Under the pieces are notes generated by a model that saw only the letters and a program-made list of their open reading frames with translations, searched no databases and was not told the DNA's origin. A stretch of 64,000 nt of DNA, from contig NW_024704743.1 in assembly GCF_018977255.1 (NCBI RefSeq), positions 34,474,001-34,538,000 on the forward strand, in the 5' to 3' direction. Position numbers and translations under genes: made by a program. The stretch's first letter is position 1. The number at the start of each line of letters is the position of its first letter. Positions 1 through 12,900 of the stretch are shown one piece after another. The DNA comes from Callorhinchus milii (Eukaryota).

Positions 1-190
1 GCTGCCCCACCATTCATTAACATCATGGCTGATCTTCTAACCTAACTCCATCTGCCCGCCTTATCCCCATATCCCTTAATCCCTCTATCCTTTAGAAACC
101 TATCAATCTCAGTCTTGAATATGTTCAAGGACTGAGAGTCTACCGCCTTCTGGGGTAGAGAATTCCATAAATTTACTATCCTCCGAGTGA
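1..190 (-). mobile_element. CR1 LINE 3' end fragment
   Basis: Colinear with the CR1 3' end at 35085-35154 plus 36090-36225. Confidence 0.75.
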
Positions 191-391
191 ACACGTATTG
201 AGAGACGTCTCAATGATGTGAGAGTTCAGAACTTGTAATGGCATAGTGTAAGCTGACACTCCAATGCAGTACTGGAGGTGGGTTGCATTGTCAGATGGGC
301 AACATTGCAAGGATTATTATTACTACAATAGAATGCTTGTATATTGTATCATTTCTATTTCTTCACAGCTGTGCATTTTTTTTGTTTACAG

Positions 392-461
392 GATGGAGAA
401 TGGTGACAGGAAGGAGATTGATTATTAGTTGATTGCTTCCAATGCAAACAACCACAGTTTG
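392..461 (+). other. Possible exon of a neighbouring plus-strand gene (stop-containing 3' exon)
   Basis: Strong acceptor ttttttttgtttacag|G and donor TTG|gtaaag. All three frames stop within the exon (e.g. MENGDRKEIDY*). Product not recognised. Confidence 0.25.
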
Positions 462-519
462 GTAAAGTGTAGAGAGAGCAAAGGAGCTTCTGAAGGAAGT
501 TTAACTTCAATAATCAATA

Positions 520-720
520 GCCACTTTTTCATTGGTGTTATAGGATCTAGATGTGATGTTGGATTAACTCCACATCTGAAGAACGGCGTCTTCAACTATG
601 CAGCACCACCCCAGAATTGCACTAGAATGTCTGCTGCGAATATGAACTCATAAGTCCCGATGTGGGGCTTGAACACAATACCTCCTATCTCAGAGGTGAA
701 AATGCCAACTGAGCCAAGCC
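520..720 (-). mobile_element. Deu-type tRNA-SINE fragment
   Basis: Reverse strand has ggctcagttggca (A box), gttcaagcccca (B box) and gacgccgttcttcagatg, as in the other Deu-type copies. Confidence 0.6.
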
Positions 721-2016
721 ACTTTTAAGAAGATTAAATAAGAAGGGCCCATGGGATTGATTTTCACCTTTATGTAATAATATTGTTTGTAAGAGTGGGT
801 CTGAGTGAACTTTCAGTTCAATGTTTTACATTGAAGGTGTTGTGATGGAACTGTATCTTCATAATTTGTAGGAAAACTGGTCTGAGACAAATCTGATATT
901 CTTTACCTTCAGTGTTTTATACTGGGGTTTTGTTCCTAGTATTTGAGTTGTATAAGGTGAACGGCTTCATAAAGGTGTCTCCATGTTGGCCTGGGATAGT
1001 GTGATCATTACAGCCAGGTGTCTTAGACCTTTTAGTGTGTGTATGGCATTTTCACCTCTGGCATAGAAGGTATTACTAATCCTTTCAAGTTGGACATTCT
1101 GAATGTCTAGATATTTCTAAGAGAAGATTTGTAAACTATTATACAACTCACCTAGTTTTTTCATAGTTACTTAATTTGGTTTCGGTAAATACATCTATTT
1201 GTGGGTCACCTGGTGTATGTCTATCATAAGTAATCATTACAATTTACCACAAAACTGAGTAATTTGATGGCCAGCCTTAAACCTTAATAAATTAAGCAAT
1301 TTCTGGATCTGGGGAGGCTAACAGTCGCAGAAAGCTTTAAAGTATGTAGATAGGAAACTGGGGTGCCTTCAGTGGTGATCAGACTCATCACAGAAGGCTT
1401 CACTGGTTTATCTTTCCCTGTAGGTGGGATATCTTATTGACAGTCTTTGCAGGTTTATCCTGCAAATTAACCCCCGGACTGAGTGAGAATTTTTAAAACC
1501 AAGTTTTTCATAATCTGCATAAGCTTTTGCCACATTTGAGTTTAATTGGAACACATCTATTATTTTTTTTCCCAAACAGATTAATATTCATTCAGATCAT
1601 TCCTTGTGCATTCAACTTTACTGCTACAAGTTCAAATTAAGTTTTGTTCCCCTTTAAGGGGGAATTGTATTTCTTCATTGGTTTCATTTTTTGACAGAAA
1701 TGTTTCAGTGCCCAGCTTAATGGATGCTAATTCTTTGATATCTCTCTCTTCTCAGAACTATTGATCAGTAGTGAGAGAAAAGCTTTCCATAAATAATGAA
1801 GTAACAGAAGTGAGTGTTAATTTTAAAAACGTTCTGTTGCTCCTGCAACAAAGCCAACTTTATAGTTACAATTTTCCAAAGGGGAAATTGATCACATTTA
1901 AGTTATTTTGCTCCCCTTGACATTGAGCACACAATTGCTTACATTTTATGAAGTACAGCTGCAGTTTCTAACATTTGTGTGAATAGAGAACTAAATGGGA
2001 GATGTAGACATGGAGT

Positions 2017-2022
2017 TTTATT
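2017..2022 (-). terminator. Candidate polyadenylation signal (AATAAA) for ELOVL2, implying a 3'UTR of about 1.8 kb
   Basis: tttatt on the plus strand in AT-rich sequence downstream of the stop codon; no transcript evidence. Confidence 0.4.
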
Positions 2023-2449
2023 AGGCTTTTTTGAAAGGTTTATACAAACAGTTCATTAACAAGTGAGTACAAAGTTTACATTTTTACCTCCTGTTACAAC
2101 AAAAATACCAATAAAAATTCAAACTTCTCTTTTTAAGAAGCAGATGGAAAGATGGCTATTGGGATATGTGGACAGTGTAAATTCAAACTTGTGAGAAGTT
2201 TATCAATCTGAAGTTTCTATTTTAATGCGATGCTTTAGCTATATAAGGCAAGTTTTGTAAAACGTAAATGTTGAGAAGAATGACCCAGCACATTGACTAA
2301 TATTAAGGGGTGAACTATAAGTCTATAAGTAAAGGCTGTAAGAAAATCACAGGCTGTGATTTTGTTGCGGAAACCGCAATTTAACACGGACAGCAACCTT
2401 TTATAGTTGTCTCAACATTTAATGTCTACAATGAGTACACACTCCCATT

Positions 2450-3112
2450 GGAACCTCAACTCTCCTTTAAACCTCACATCTATAGCATGACCTGTTCTGC
2501 CTTCACCCATTGCAGCATCACCCGGCTCCACCACTGCCACTCACCTCATGCCAAGAACCCTCATTCAAGTATTCATCACATGCAGGCTGGATTATGCTAA
2601 CTCCCTGCTTTTCGTTTTTCCCAACTCTTCCCTCCACAAACTGTAAAATATTCAGAACTCTGCAGCTGATGTCAAAGCACAAAGCTCTGCAAACTCATCA
2701 ACCCCATCTTCCACTGGCTCCCTGTGCCCCCCCCCCGAGGATTGAGTTCAAAATCCTCATCCTCACCGTTAAAGCTTTGTTCCATCCTACCTCTGTGACT
2801 TGCAACCTCCATACTGACCTGTCCACTCCCTCCACTCAGCAGATTTTGGACAGCTCCACTTTATCCATCCGGGTGGGCATTTAGCCTCTCTGCCCCACCC
2901 GTTGTAACTCTATCCCACAGCTCCTTCGCTTGCCTTCTCCATTACCTTCTTCAAGGCCCGTCTGAAGACCTTCCTCTTCAACTGCGCTTTCACCCTCCTA
3001 CAAGTCTCTCCTGGCCTCATCCCCACCTGCAGCTCGGGTACAAATCCTTGACTGTCCAGCGCCTTGGGACATCCTCTCGAAATGTAAGACGCTATACAAA
3101 TTTAGTTTGGTG
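2450..3112 (+). mobile_element. Decayed L2 LINE 3' fragment inside the putative ELOVL2 3'UTR (antisense)
   Basis: Encodes [14 protein letters not shown] remnants and ends in the same gccttgggacatcctc...gctatacaaat tail as other L2 copies. Confidence 0.8.
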
Positions 3113-3782
3113 TTGGACCATCTGCTTGTCCATCAACCCGTCCCACGCTCTCATTGGACAATCATACATGGACTGGCATGGGACCTGGGCAGACTTGAGG
3201 AGCAGATCTGTCCTGATGACCATGTGAATGTCCAGGTAGGATGGTCCACTAAGAGCATGAGATGCACTGATGGACAGTTGGATGGTCCAATGGAAGCTAC
3301 ACTCGCTGTAGGTACTTGAACTGTGCACCAAAACCAAAACTTGAACAGGCAGACACACTGTGACTGTAACTTTTGGACAAAAAAATCACGATTTTCTTAC
3401 AACCTTAACTATAAGGCATTAATGACATGTTGTTTGGTTTAAAACCCTATTCCCAGATGAGGATAAATTGTTCCAAGGTTCTGACCTGTCTGTAATTCGA
3501 AGCAAGTTCTAGAAATGTAATGTTAAACAGTCATTTAAATTCATCAGCTATATCTGATTAACAAAACCATTTTTGATTTAAACCCTGAAGTTAAAACATT
3601 GATTGGAACTGACTGTAAGTACAAATTATCTTTAAAAATTCTAACATACTAGTAATTGTCTTTGATGTTGAACTACAGCCCTGGAATCTAGTAATATCTT
3701 AGTCTGTGCATTAAGAGAGCAGCATTTAAGATGCTTTTAAGATTGCTTCCAGCACTTGTACTCTGTGTTCCTGTCAAACTTA

Positions 3783-3905
3783 TTAATCTTTCTTCTTGGA
3801 TGTATTGCCATTACTGGCTGTTATGTAGCCATTGTAATAACCATTCTTTATTTCCTTCACATCAGCATTGGTCTTGTTATCCTGCACCACTGTTTTTCTG
3901 TATGT
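3783..3905 (-). CDS. ELOVL2: ELOVL2 coding exon 8 (TYRK...NTSKKKD*)
   Basis: cctcag|ACA TAC AGA AAA...GAT TAA; C-terminal lysine cluster consistent with an ER-retrieval signal. Confidence 0.96.
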   Translation of the reverse strand, partial: TYRKTVVQDNKTNADVKEIKNGYYNGYITASNGNTSKKKD

Positions 3906-6900
3906 CTGAGGACACAGTAAAAGAAAATTAAAAATAGATTCAGGAAATTTGTTTCTAGTATAAATCATCATGTGAGTGTTTCGACGGGTATGTGAATGAT
4001 TTATAACAGCTCTCAGAAAGTGCAAATCATCCACCTAAGACCTTGATCAAGCAAATTTGCCACAATAAGCACAAGAACTGTTATTTGCCAAAAAAATATT
4101 TTCACCTAAAATAAAATGTATTTATTCATGCAAACCAGTTTCTTTTTTTATTGCCCTTGAACACATCACTAGTAAATGGTTGCTTAAAAAAAAAAGCCAC
4201 ATTTTTCTCTTACCTTCACATAAAAGTTTACAAACAAGATGACCAATGTAGCCATGTAGGATGACTGGAACATCAAGCAACCAATTGGAAATCCACATGG
4301 TTTTACTACTGCACTGACAGTGTGAGTAATTGTGAGTACAAATTGTACCTAAAAGAACAAATGAGATATCATTCAAACAAAGAAGGTGAACATAAAAATG
4401 CACACAAATTAAATTTAATAGTTTATAACTGTTTGCCAATTTAAACTTTTTTCAAAGTCTTAGTCTGATTTGCAAATGAAAATTTTCACAGTCTGGTTTG
4501 CAAATGAAAATCTGCAGACAAAACACAAGTGACAATTTTTAAAAACATCGGTGCAAACAGAATATACCACAAAAGGAATGAATTACCAGCTGTGCCTGAG
4601 TAAGGTATTTTTTCCACCAGAGGTAAGGTTGCATGGAGGGAATAGTTGACAGACCATAGTACGAGTACATCAATACATGAATAAAACTGTTCAAAGTAGG
4701 ACCAAAAAAGCCTAGAAGAAAACAAATTCAAATGGAACGATGTTTCCCAATACACATTTTGCAAAACAGCATTGGGATCAATTTTGTTAAATGAGAGTAC
4801 AATACTTTATTCAATATGATCAGAGGTCCACAGTAATGAGTCATGATTTCAAACTTTTCTTTCTTTCCTCCAGTCTCCCCCACCCCCAGCTCATCCAGCA
4901 GTGTGGAGAGCTTTGAGATATCCGTCTGATATAAAAGTCACTATATGAATAATAATGAGAGCCCTTGCCTGTATTAAGACTGGACCCAATGGGAATGTAG
5001 AACTAGTGCAGATAATGGATCATTCACCTTCAAATACATAGACACTATACATATCGTCGTGTAGTCTCATGAAGCGCTTTGGGACATAGACATGTAAAAA
5101 AAGTGCTATTATCAAATGTGAGTATTATTATGCAAAATAAAATTGACCACTACTAACCAAAAAATACTTTTTTAGGAATTATAGTGTGATTATACTGCCA
5201 GTTCTTCCTAATTTCTCTCTCTCACTGCTCTCTGACTTTCCCTTTCTATCTCTCTGATTCTATTTCTTGCTGATTCTCTGGCTTTCTTTCTCTCCCTGAT
5301 TTTCTGACTTCTCATTTGCTATCTCTCTTTCCTCACTTCCTATTGCAAGCTGTGCACTGTATTTGCAAAAAAAGCTTGTTTAATAAACAAACTTGCGTAA
5401 TGTTGCTGATTCACAGTCGTACTGTGAGTGTAAACCGTAGACATGAGAGCCTATGGAGCATGTACATAATTCTTTTATTGTAGCTCATATAAATAATCGC
5501 TGTGCAAATTGGGGGTGTTTAACATGTGTAATAATTAGTCCAGGATAACAGATGGCAATTCTGAGGTTTGGCTGTAATGCTTTGGAAACACCAGAGCTCT
5601 TGGATAATTTCTAAATGCTTTTCCAAACATATTCCTTGTGCATTCGTTATTAATCACTAGACTTAATTCACAATGTGCTATACAAATGTAAATTTGTATT
5701 ATAATGTCCAGGGCCAGAGAAGATCATTACAATCCATCTGGCCAGGCCTGTTTTCAAAAAACCCATTTCCCCTAATCCCCTTCTCTATCAAAAATAAATC
5801 CATCTCCTCAAACCGGCAAGTCTAATACCTTTATACAATGGTGTACAATACAGCAATGGAACTTGCTTTGTCAGTTATAAAAACAGTGCAGACCATAAAT
5901 GATCTTGACATCCCTTTAGGCACCCATCTACACTGTCACTCAGTCAGTACCTAGGACTGGGGGAGAACACTGCTTGTCCTTCGACTGACCAGTGAATTTT
6001 CAGACCTTCTTCTACTATCCTCTGGGAATTAAGTCTATTGATAAATAACCAATGCACAAGAAATAGATTTGGAAAAGCATTCAGAAATGTTAGAGAAAAA
6101 AAGCATACTTTTTCACTTAGAAATGTCATATTTTCTCAGCTGTCAACGGAAGGGATAAGGGTTCTGACATAACCCAGCTAAATCCATGCATCCTAAGAAC
6201 TACTGAAATTGACTTACTTTGACCACAGGGTATCCAGTTAAGAACACACCACCAGATGTTGAACATTGTTGCATGGTGATATACATGAAGGAATGTAATT
6301 TGACTGTTCTTTTTTCGTAAGACAAAAAATATGGTGTCCATAAATTCAACAGCTTTAGAAAAGTAGTACCACCACAGCACCTTAGCCACCTGCAAGATAA
6401 AAAATGAATGTACTTAGGAAAACCAAAATATACAGAGCAATAAATAGTACTGTAGTAAAAAGTTAAATTTGATTGAGGTTTGCGAATGCTAGAATTACTC
6501 CAATGGTCTTGCTGGTTTAACTGTAACAATAGCCACTAACCAGCCAAATGAACCCTCAATGTAGTCACAGTTGAATTGATGGATTGCTCGCTTCAATTGC
6601 ACCCATAAATCCCAAGAGTATATTTCACTCTTTGTGGTCTTTGTGCAATCCAAACCCGTGAAAGTCTTTGCTGGCAAGAGCTGCCGATACCGCGATAGAC
6701 GTTTAACTTACTCCCACGAAGATCAGTCATTTATTACCAATCCAGATTAACTATCTACTTCTATCCATGATTTTTCTTCGAAAATTCTAATTCTTTTAAC
6801 AGTGAGTATTGTGTTAAGGCACCTGGTTGCAAGGGTTGCCTTAGCTCAACAATGCAAATCACCTGAAGAACGTACAAGCATTAATATATACGGTCTGACC

Positions 6901-9900
6901 CTATATGTTTGGAGTTGTGAAAGCCAACATGAAACTCAAGCTGCGATATCGCCTGAGTCAATGACATTTCTTACATATACAAATGCCTTGCTTCCATTAG
7001 GTAAATATCACAGTAACATTGCATTATTATGCCATTGGAACTTTTGGAAGTCTTGGCCTCAGAGTAATACCTATGCAAATAACAAACGGAAAACCAAAAG
7101 GTTCATAAAAGCATGCATTATTACCACTTGTGAATTGTATTACTTTATCGTCTCACCCTGATGTCGACTTCACCTGCACTGTGGAGGTTTTGACACTGCA
7201 GGTAGTAGGCCCCTTCCCAAGATGACAGAATCAGCTGAAAAAATACAAAAGTGTGGCTGGTCAGTCTTTAAGAACCATAGAAATTCACCACATGGAGGAA
7301 GGCGATTCAGCCCTTGTACGTGTGCCAGCTCCTTTAAGAGCAATCCTTTCCATCCCATATTTTTGATGCATTCAGTTTCATGATACATGGTAAAGCTTTT
7401 ACTTAAAACTAGTAGTAATCCGTTGAGAAGCAAAAGCAAACATGATTATTATGTAATATGTCTAATCAAAACTGCAAAGGATCATGCCCAAAACATAATG
7501 ACATATTTTTCCTTTTCAGATGCTGATTGATCTGCTCTCCATTTCTAGTAGTATCAATTTTTACTTAAGATTTTTTAAGTCGCTTTTGTAAAATCAAAAC
7601 ATTTGCCTAATTTTCAATGACCCAATGGAAGAGCTGGGGATTTTTCCTCTAAACGTGCATGTGGCTGTAATAGAAGTATAACCCCAAGAATCTGACTACA
7701 TGTTTACTGGATTGGGTCAAGTGTTTATTCCTTCATTTTCTGTCAGAACCCCCTCTTTGCGCAGCCACTTCCCCTATTTACCACAAATCACCTCAGTGCT
7801 TGGTCCGGAACTTCACAAATGGGCTTAATGAAACCTTTCTGCTGCATTCTGAGGAGCTCAGAACCATGAAGGAGAACTCTTTGTACACGTCCCAACCTCT
7901 TTTACACCACAAACTTAACCTTGACATTTGGGACTGTCACTGAAAAGAGATGAGAATGACCAAAGTACCCTTGCCCTCTTATCAGTCCCGAAGGATTGGG
8001 TCCAAGCAAAATATGGTGTCCGCCATAACAGCCAGATATTGATATTGCCCACGGGGATATTAGGGATCTGTTAATGCATTTAAAATTATATTTTACAGAT
8101 TCTAACACAAAGTCAGAAGCAACAATATAAAACTTTGAAACATCATTTGAATATTTACACCCAGATGTGTGGTAGTTATTGGAATGTGCCACAATAATGC
8201 TCACATTAGGAGCTCCACATGGTACTAACTATACTGCAGTAGGCTGCTTGTACACTAGGGGGACCTTATGAGTCATTTTCCAATGAAAGTTTCGCGAATG
8301 CGATTGTGCACTGCTCTTGGGAGAAAAAGCTTGGTGGCTCAGAGGAAGTGATTATGTATTTGGCATTCTTTGTGGTACTTAATTCACCTCTGGGATAAGT
8401 GTGATGGAAAGCACACAGACTAGTTGGAAGACTTATTAGCTTAGAGAGGTAGATGGCTGAAAAATGGCAGTGGGTCTGGATTCCGCTCCCCACCAGCACA
8501 GAAATCACAGTAATAATTGGATTATTCAGTGTAATTCGGCAGATGAGACATTATTGATAAAGGTTCCCCTGGTTTTCCACATTGAGGACAACTACTGGAT
8601 GCCAAAAGGTGACACTTCAACCTCTGTGGACTAAAAGTGGAAAGATATTGTCTAAGTGGACAGATAATGGAATTTGTTTATAAAGGGAACACTAAGAAAT
8701 AGGACTAACCTGAATGTTTGTTCTCCTGTGTAATTGCAGAGAGTGTTGTGGTGATGGCATCCAAAGCATCTGCGTGCTGCTTATATGCCAGCACTCCCAA
8801 GGCAATAGGAACTGCATTCTACACAGAGGATCCATGTCTGATTGCCTGACTGCTCCCGTATCTCCACATGGGAGATGATGCTTGCAGTTTATCTAAGGTT
8901 GTCACTGCCCATCTGTCTCTCACCCCAGTATTCAACCTGCTCATTTGCTTTGTCAGCTAAAAGCAGAATATTTCTTATTGGTAATTGTCTGCCATTCAAA
9001 ATATAGGAAAAGGGAAAAACATACTAAAATGAGCAAACAACAGTTTGTATTCTCCTTTAACAATCGTAACCAGAAGATGGTTGTATTTTTCATGGTGACT
9101 ACTCTTTGCAGCTTTCAAAATATTTGTCAGACTCAACAACAACTTGCATTTATTTAGCGTCCCTCACACAGGGTAGCATCCCAGAGACTCAAAGAGGGCT
9201 CAGCCCGTATACAGAAGTTGGACAGTTGTACGAAACAGGAAATTGAACTTTTTATCTTCTTAGGGATAAAATGTGATTTTCCTTTCACTTTTGTTTCTGA
9301 AAGAATTGGGGAATTCTTTGACTGGGGCATGTTTTGCTGGGAAATAATTGAGCAAATTCCTCTGGTGCTGATGAAATGGCACAGGATTAATTAACCTTGT
9401 AGTGGAGCATCTCTCACTAGGGTATCACTAACAAGTTGCTCAGGCAACTGCAAGACTCTCACTCTAGGTGCTTTTTTGACAAACTCCACCAACCGGAGAG
9501 AAACCATTGATGTTTAATTGCCTCCCTATGGGAGGTAATATTGCAATTGTGGACTTCAGTGGCAATAGGCAGAGAATTCATGTACCAACTATCAATTTTC
9601 ATATTGCAACATAATTTCTATAGGACTGGAAAGACCATCAGAGATCCTCTCGCCAGCATCTTTAGCATCTTAAATAATTAAATAAAATCTTGCCTCCATC
9701 TTGGAGTGTCAGTTTGGATGAGTGGTGGCACTCTCGCCCCTAAATCAGAGGTTGTGGGTTCAAATCCCACATCGGGACTTGAACTCCCATGATCTAAGCC
9801 GGGGGGCGTGGGCTCTAACCGGTCGATCACCTCTAGGTGGCACTGTCGAGCATGATCAAATAGGCAAGAGGAAGGAGCGATAGAACTGCTTAAATATTTA

Positions 9901-12900
9901 GTCCAATTGAAAATGAAGCCAGATGTACAAAGTATTTGATGTATCTGTTAATACAATTATAAACTTTTTTGTTCAAACTGCGGTAAATATCACTGCTTGT
10001 TGTTGTTATTCAGCATGTGCGAGACACCACCTAGCGACGATTGACTGATTGGAGACCCCTGGTCTAAGTTGATACTCCAATGCAATACTAGGTGTGTTGC
10101 ATTGTTGAGGTGCCGTCCTTCAGATGAGACGTTAAACTGAGGTCCCATCTGCCTGTTCAGATGGACGTTAAAAGATCCCATGGCACTATTCAAAAGAGAA
10201 TAGGAGTTTCTCCCGGTCTCCTGGACAACAATCACCCATATAAAAAATTGGTCACTCACTCCATGACTGTTTGTGGGACACAGCTGTGCCAATCGTGCAA
10301 GCCAAATCTTAATTTACAGACATATTAGAATTTTAAGAAGAAGTAACCAACCTTGTGGATAAGGGCTTCCCAGTTGTGGCTAGTTTACTTGAAGTTTGGA
10401 AAAGTTCCTTGTGTGTGGACTTGAAAAGGTTAATAGATGATTAAAAATGGGCTACACAAAGATAGGCACAGGTTATCAATGGAAAGTGCTCTGTTTGGGA
10501 TGTGGGATCCCAAACAGAGATGTGTTCCATGCCCCCTGCTGGTTTCACTATTTGTTAATATGGAGCAGGCTAATTATAGTTTTATCATAAAACTTACCTA
10601 TTACGCAAAGCTACATGGTCAAATGAGGAGTAGAAAGGTCAACAGTATTCAAAAGGTTTTGGATTAATAAGGCAAATAGGCTAATTTATGTCAGATAGAT
10701 TTCAAAATAGGTAAATATAGTGCAACAGAAACAAGAAATGGTAACCATGTTACAATGGGGGAAACCCAATTAGAGCTTGACACTGGACATTGAATACCTT
10801 TCAACTTTTGCCCTTAGTCTTCTGACGCTGAACTTCATTAGTCAGATGAAGTTGTTCCAAGGGTATTCTATTAATGCTGGGCCAATGCACCAGAGCAAAA
10901 TGCAAATATGCAGTATAGTTTACATTTAACTATTGCTTTTCACCTCAAGAGGACATCTCAAAATGCTTTACACAGCTGGTTGGGCACCTGAGCCAGGTGG
11001 CAGCTGAAGAAATGGGAGAGGGAATAGAGGACAACTAAAAATATTTCAAGTGTGTTTCCTCCTGCTAAGGAAGCACAAATTGGAACACTGACATTGGACA
11101 ACAGTGTAGCACACAGTTGGGATAAGGAAATAAATAGTATATTGTAGATAATAAAGTCCATTTTATTGCACAATGAATATTGTTGCCCAATTGACTTGTT
11201 TGACATGGAATCAAATAATGTTTTCATTTCTGCTTTACCAACAAAATAATAAATACCTTGCTAAATAAGATTTCAGGTTGGGGACATCATCGAACAATCA
11301 TAGAGAGAGGGTTCAAGACTAATCTGGAAGAGATTGGTGAATGAGATCCAATCATATTTGCCTTGCAGTTTGCTGCTGTTCATCTGGTGATGGTTGCCCA
11401 CTTCATTCTCTTTAACTATAGCTACTGTTGCTACTCATCAATAGATCTATATTATCTCTATTTTAGGTAATGTTGTTTAACTCATATAGTCTAAACTGAC
11501 ACTCAAATGAGGTGCTAGGAGTTTATTGCATTTTGGAGGTGCCATCCTTCGAATGAGACATTAAACCAAGGTCCCAGTTTAAGTGGATATTCAAGATCCA
11601 TTGGCACTATTTGAAAAGAGACGAGAGTTTCTCCCAGTGTTGTGGCCAACAGTCCTCCAAATAAAATTGGTCACTCACTCTGTGGTTGTTTGTGGGACAT
11701 TGCTATACACAAATTGGCTGCAGCATTCACCCACAAAATACAGTTACACCGCTTTACAGTATATCCTTTGAAGCACTTTGAGGCGTCCTCCCAACTTGAA
11801 AGCTGCTATATCAAATATAAGGATTATTCTTGTATAATGGCTAATTTACTGTCTTTAATGGATTCATATTCCCCACATAAAACAGTCCCCCAAGGATCCT
11901 AGCAAAGGAATTTTTGTCTCACTACTCCAAGGATGTCCTCGATGATATCTCTGTTGTGCATACGTAATCTAATGTGTGACAATCTGGGAAATACACAATG
12001 GCATTGTTAACCATGGCATTAAAGCACACCCCATGTGACTACTGATCCACCGTTGAAGTCATCCTTAAACTACACAAAACATCTGCAACACATTAATCTG
12101 GCAAAAGGAACCATCATGCATGGAACCAGGACAGCGATAATTGAAGTGTAAAATAGTGCAATCTCCACCACATATAATTTGGAAATTCCTAGAGTGAAAG
12201 ACTTGTCTGTCCAACTACACCTACACACCACATTGAACCTCACCTCAACAAGCAAAGCTGTACTTACAATATATATATATATATATATTTCATGTTCATG
12301 ACATTTTGCACAAAAATATACAGTGAATTCAATGAACAGTGCTTTGAGACATCTCAATGATGTGATAAGATGCTATATCAAATGCAAGGATTATTATTAT
12401 TATAATGTTCTATAATGGCTTCCATTCTTAGCCTCAAATGTCTTCAACATTGATTGTGCGTTTTCTAAATAACTTGACCTCTTCCGGTAACTCCCATCTC
12501 CTTCAGTTCTCCTTCAGTTCTCCTTCCTTGCAGGTACCTCCCTGTCTACCTAGAATTCTGGTTATGAGTTCTCCTCCAACACCAAGTCACGCACTATAGC
12601 TGCAGCACCCATGTACATTTCTTACTGTCCACCTCACACAGAGATATTGGAGGAACAAGCTAAATCGTAGCAAAGAGAAACCATAGAACATTAGTCTTAA
12701 AATTGATGTGCAAGGCATCCGTACGGCAACAAAAATCCTGAAACATACCATTAGTGTTCCTCTAGGAACAGAACATTGATCTTCGTGCTTCTGGCTCCTC
12801 ATTCTGCTTTTAACATCTGCTCAAGTTGGGTGTGAAATTAACCACCTGTACTTAATACCTAAGGAATTTTACCCACAAATACAATCAATTAATTTTTCAG

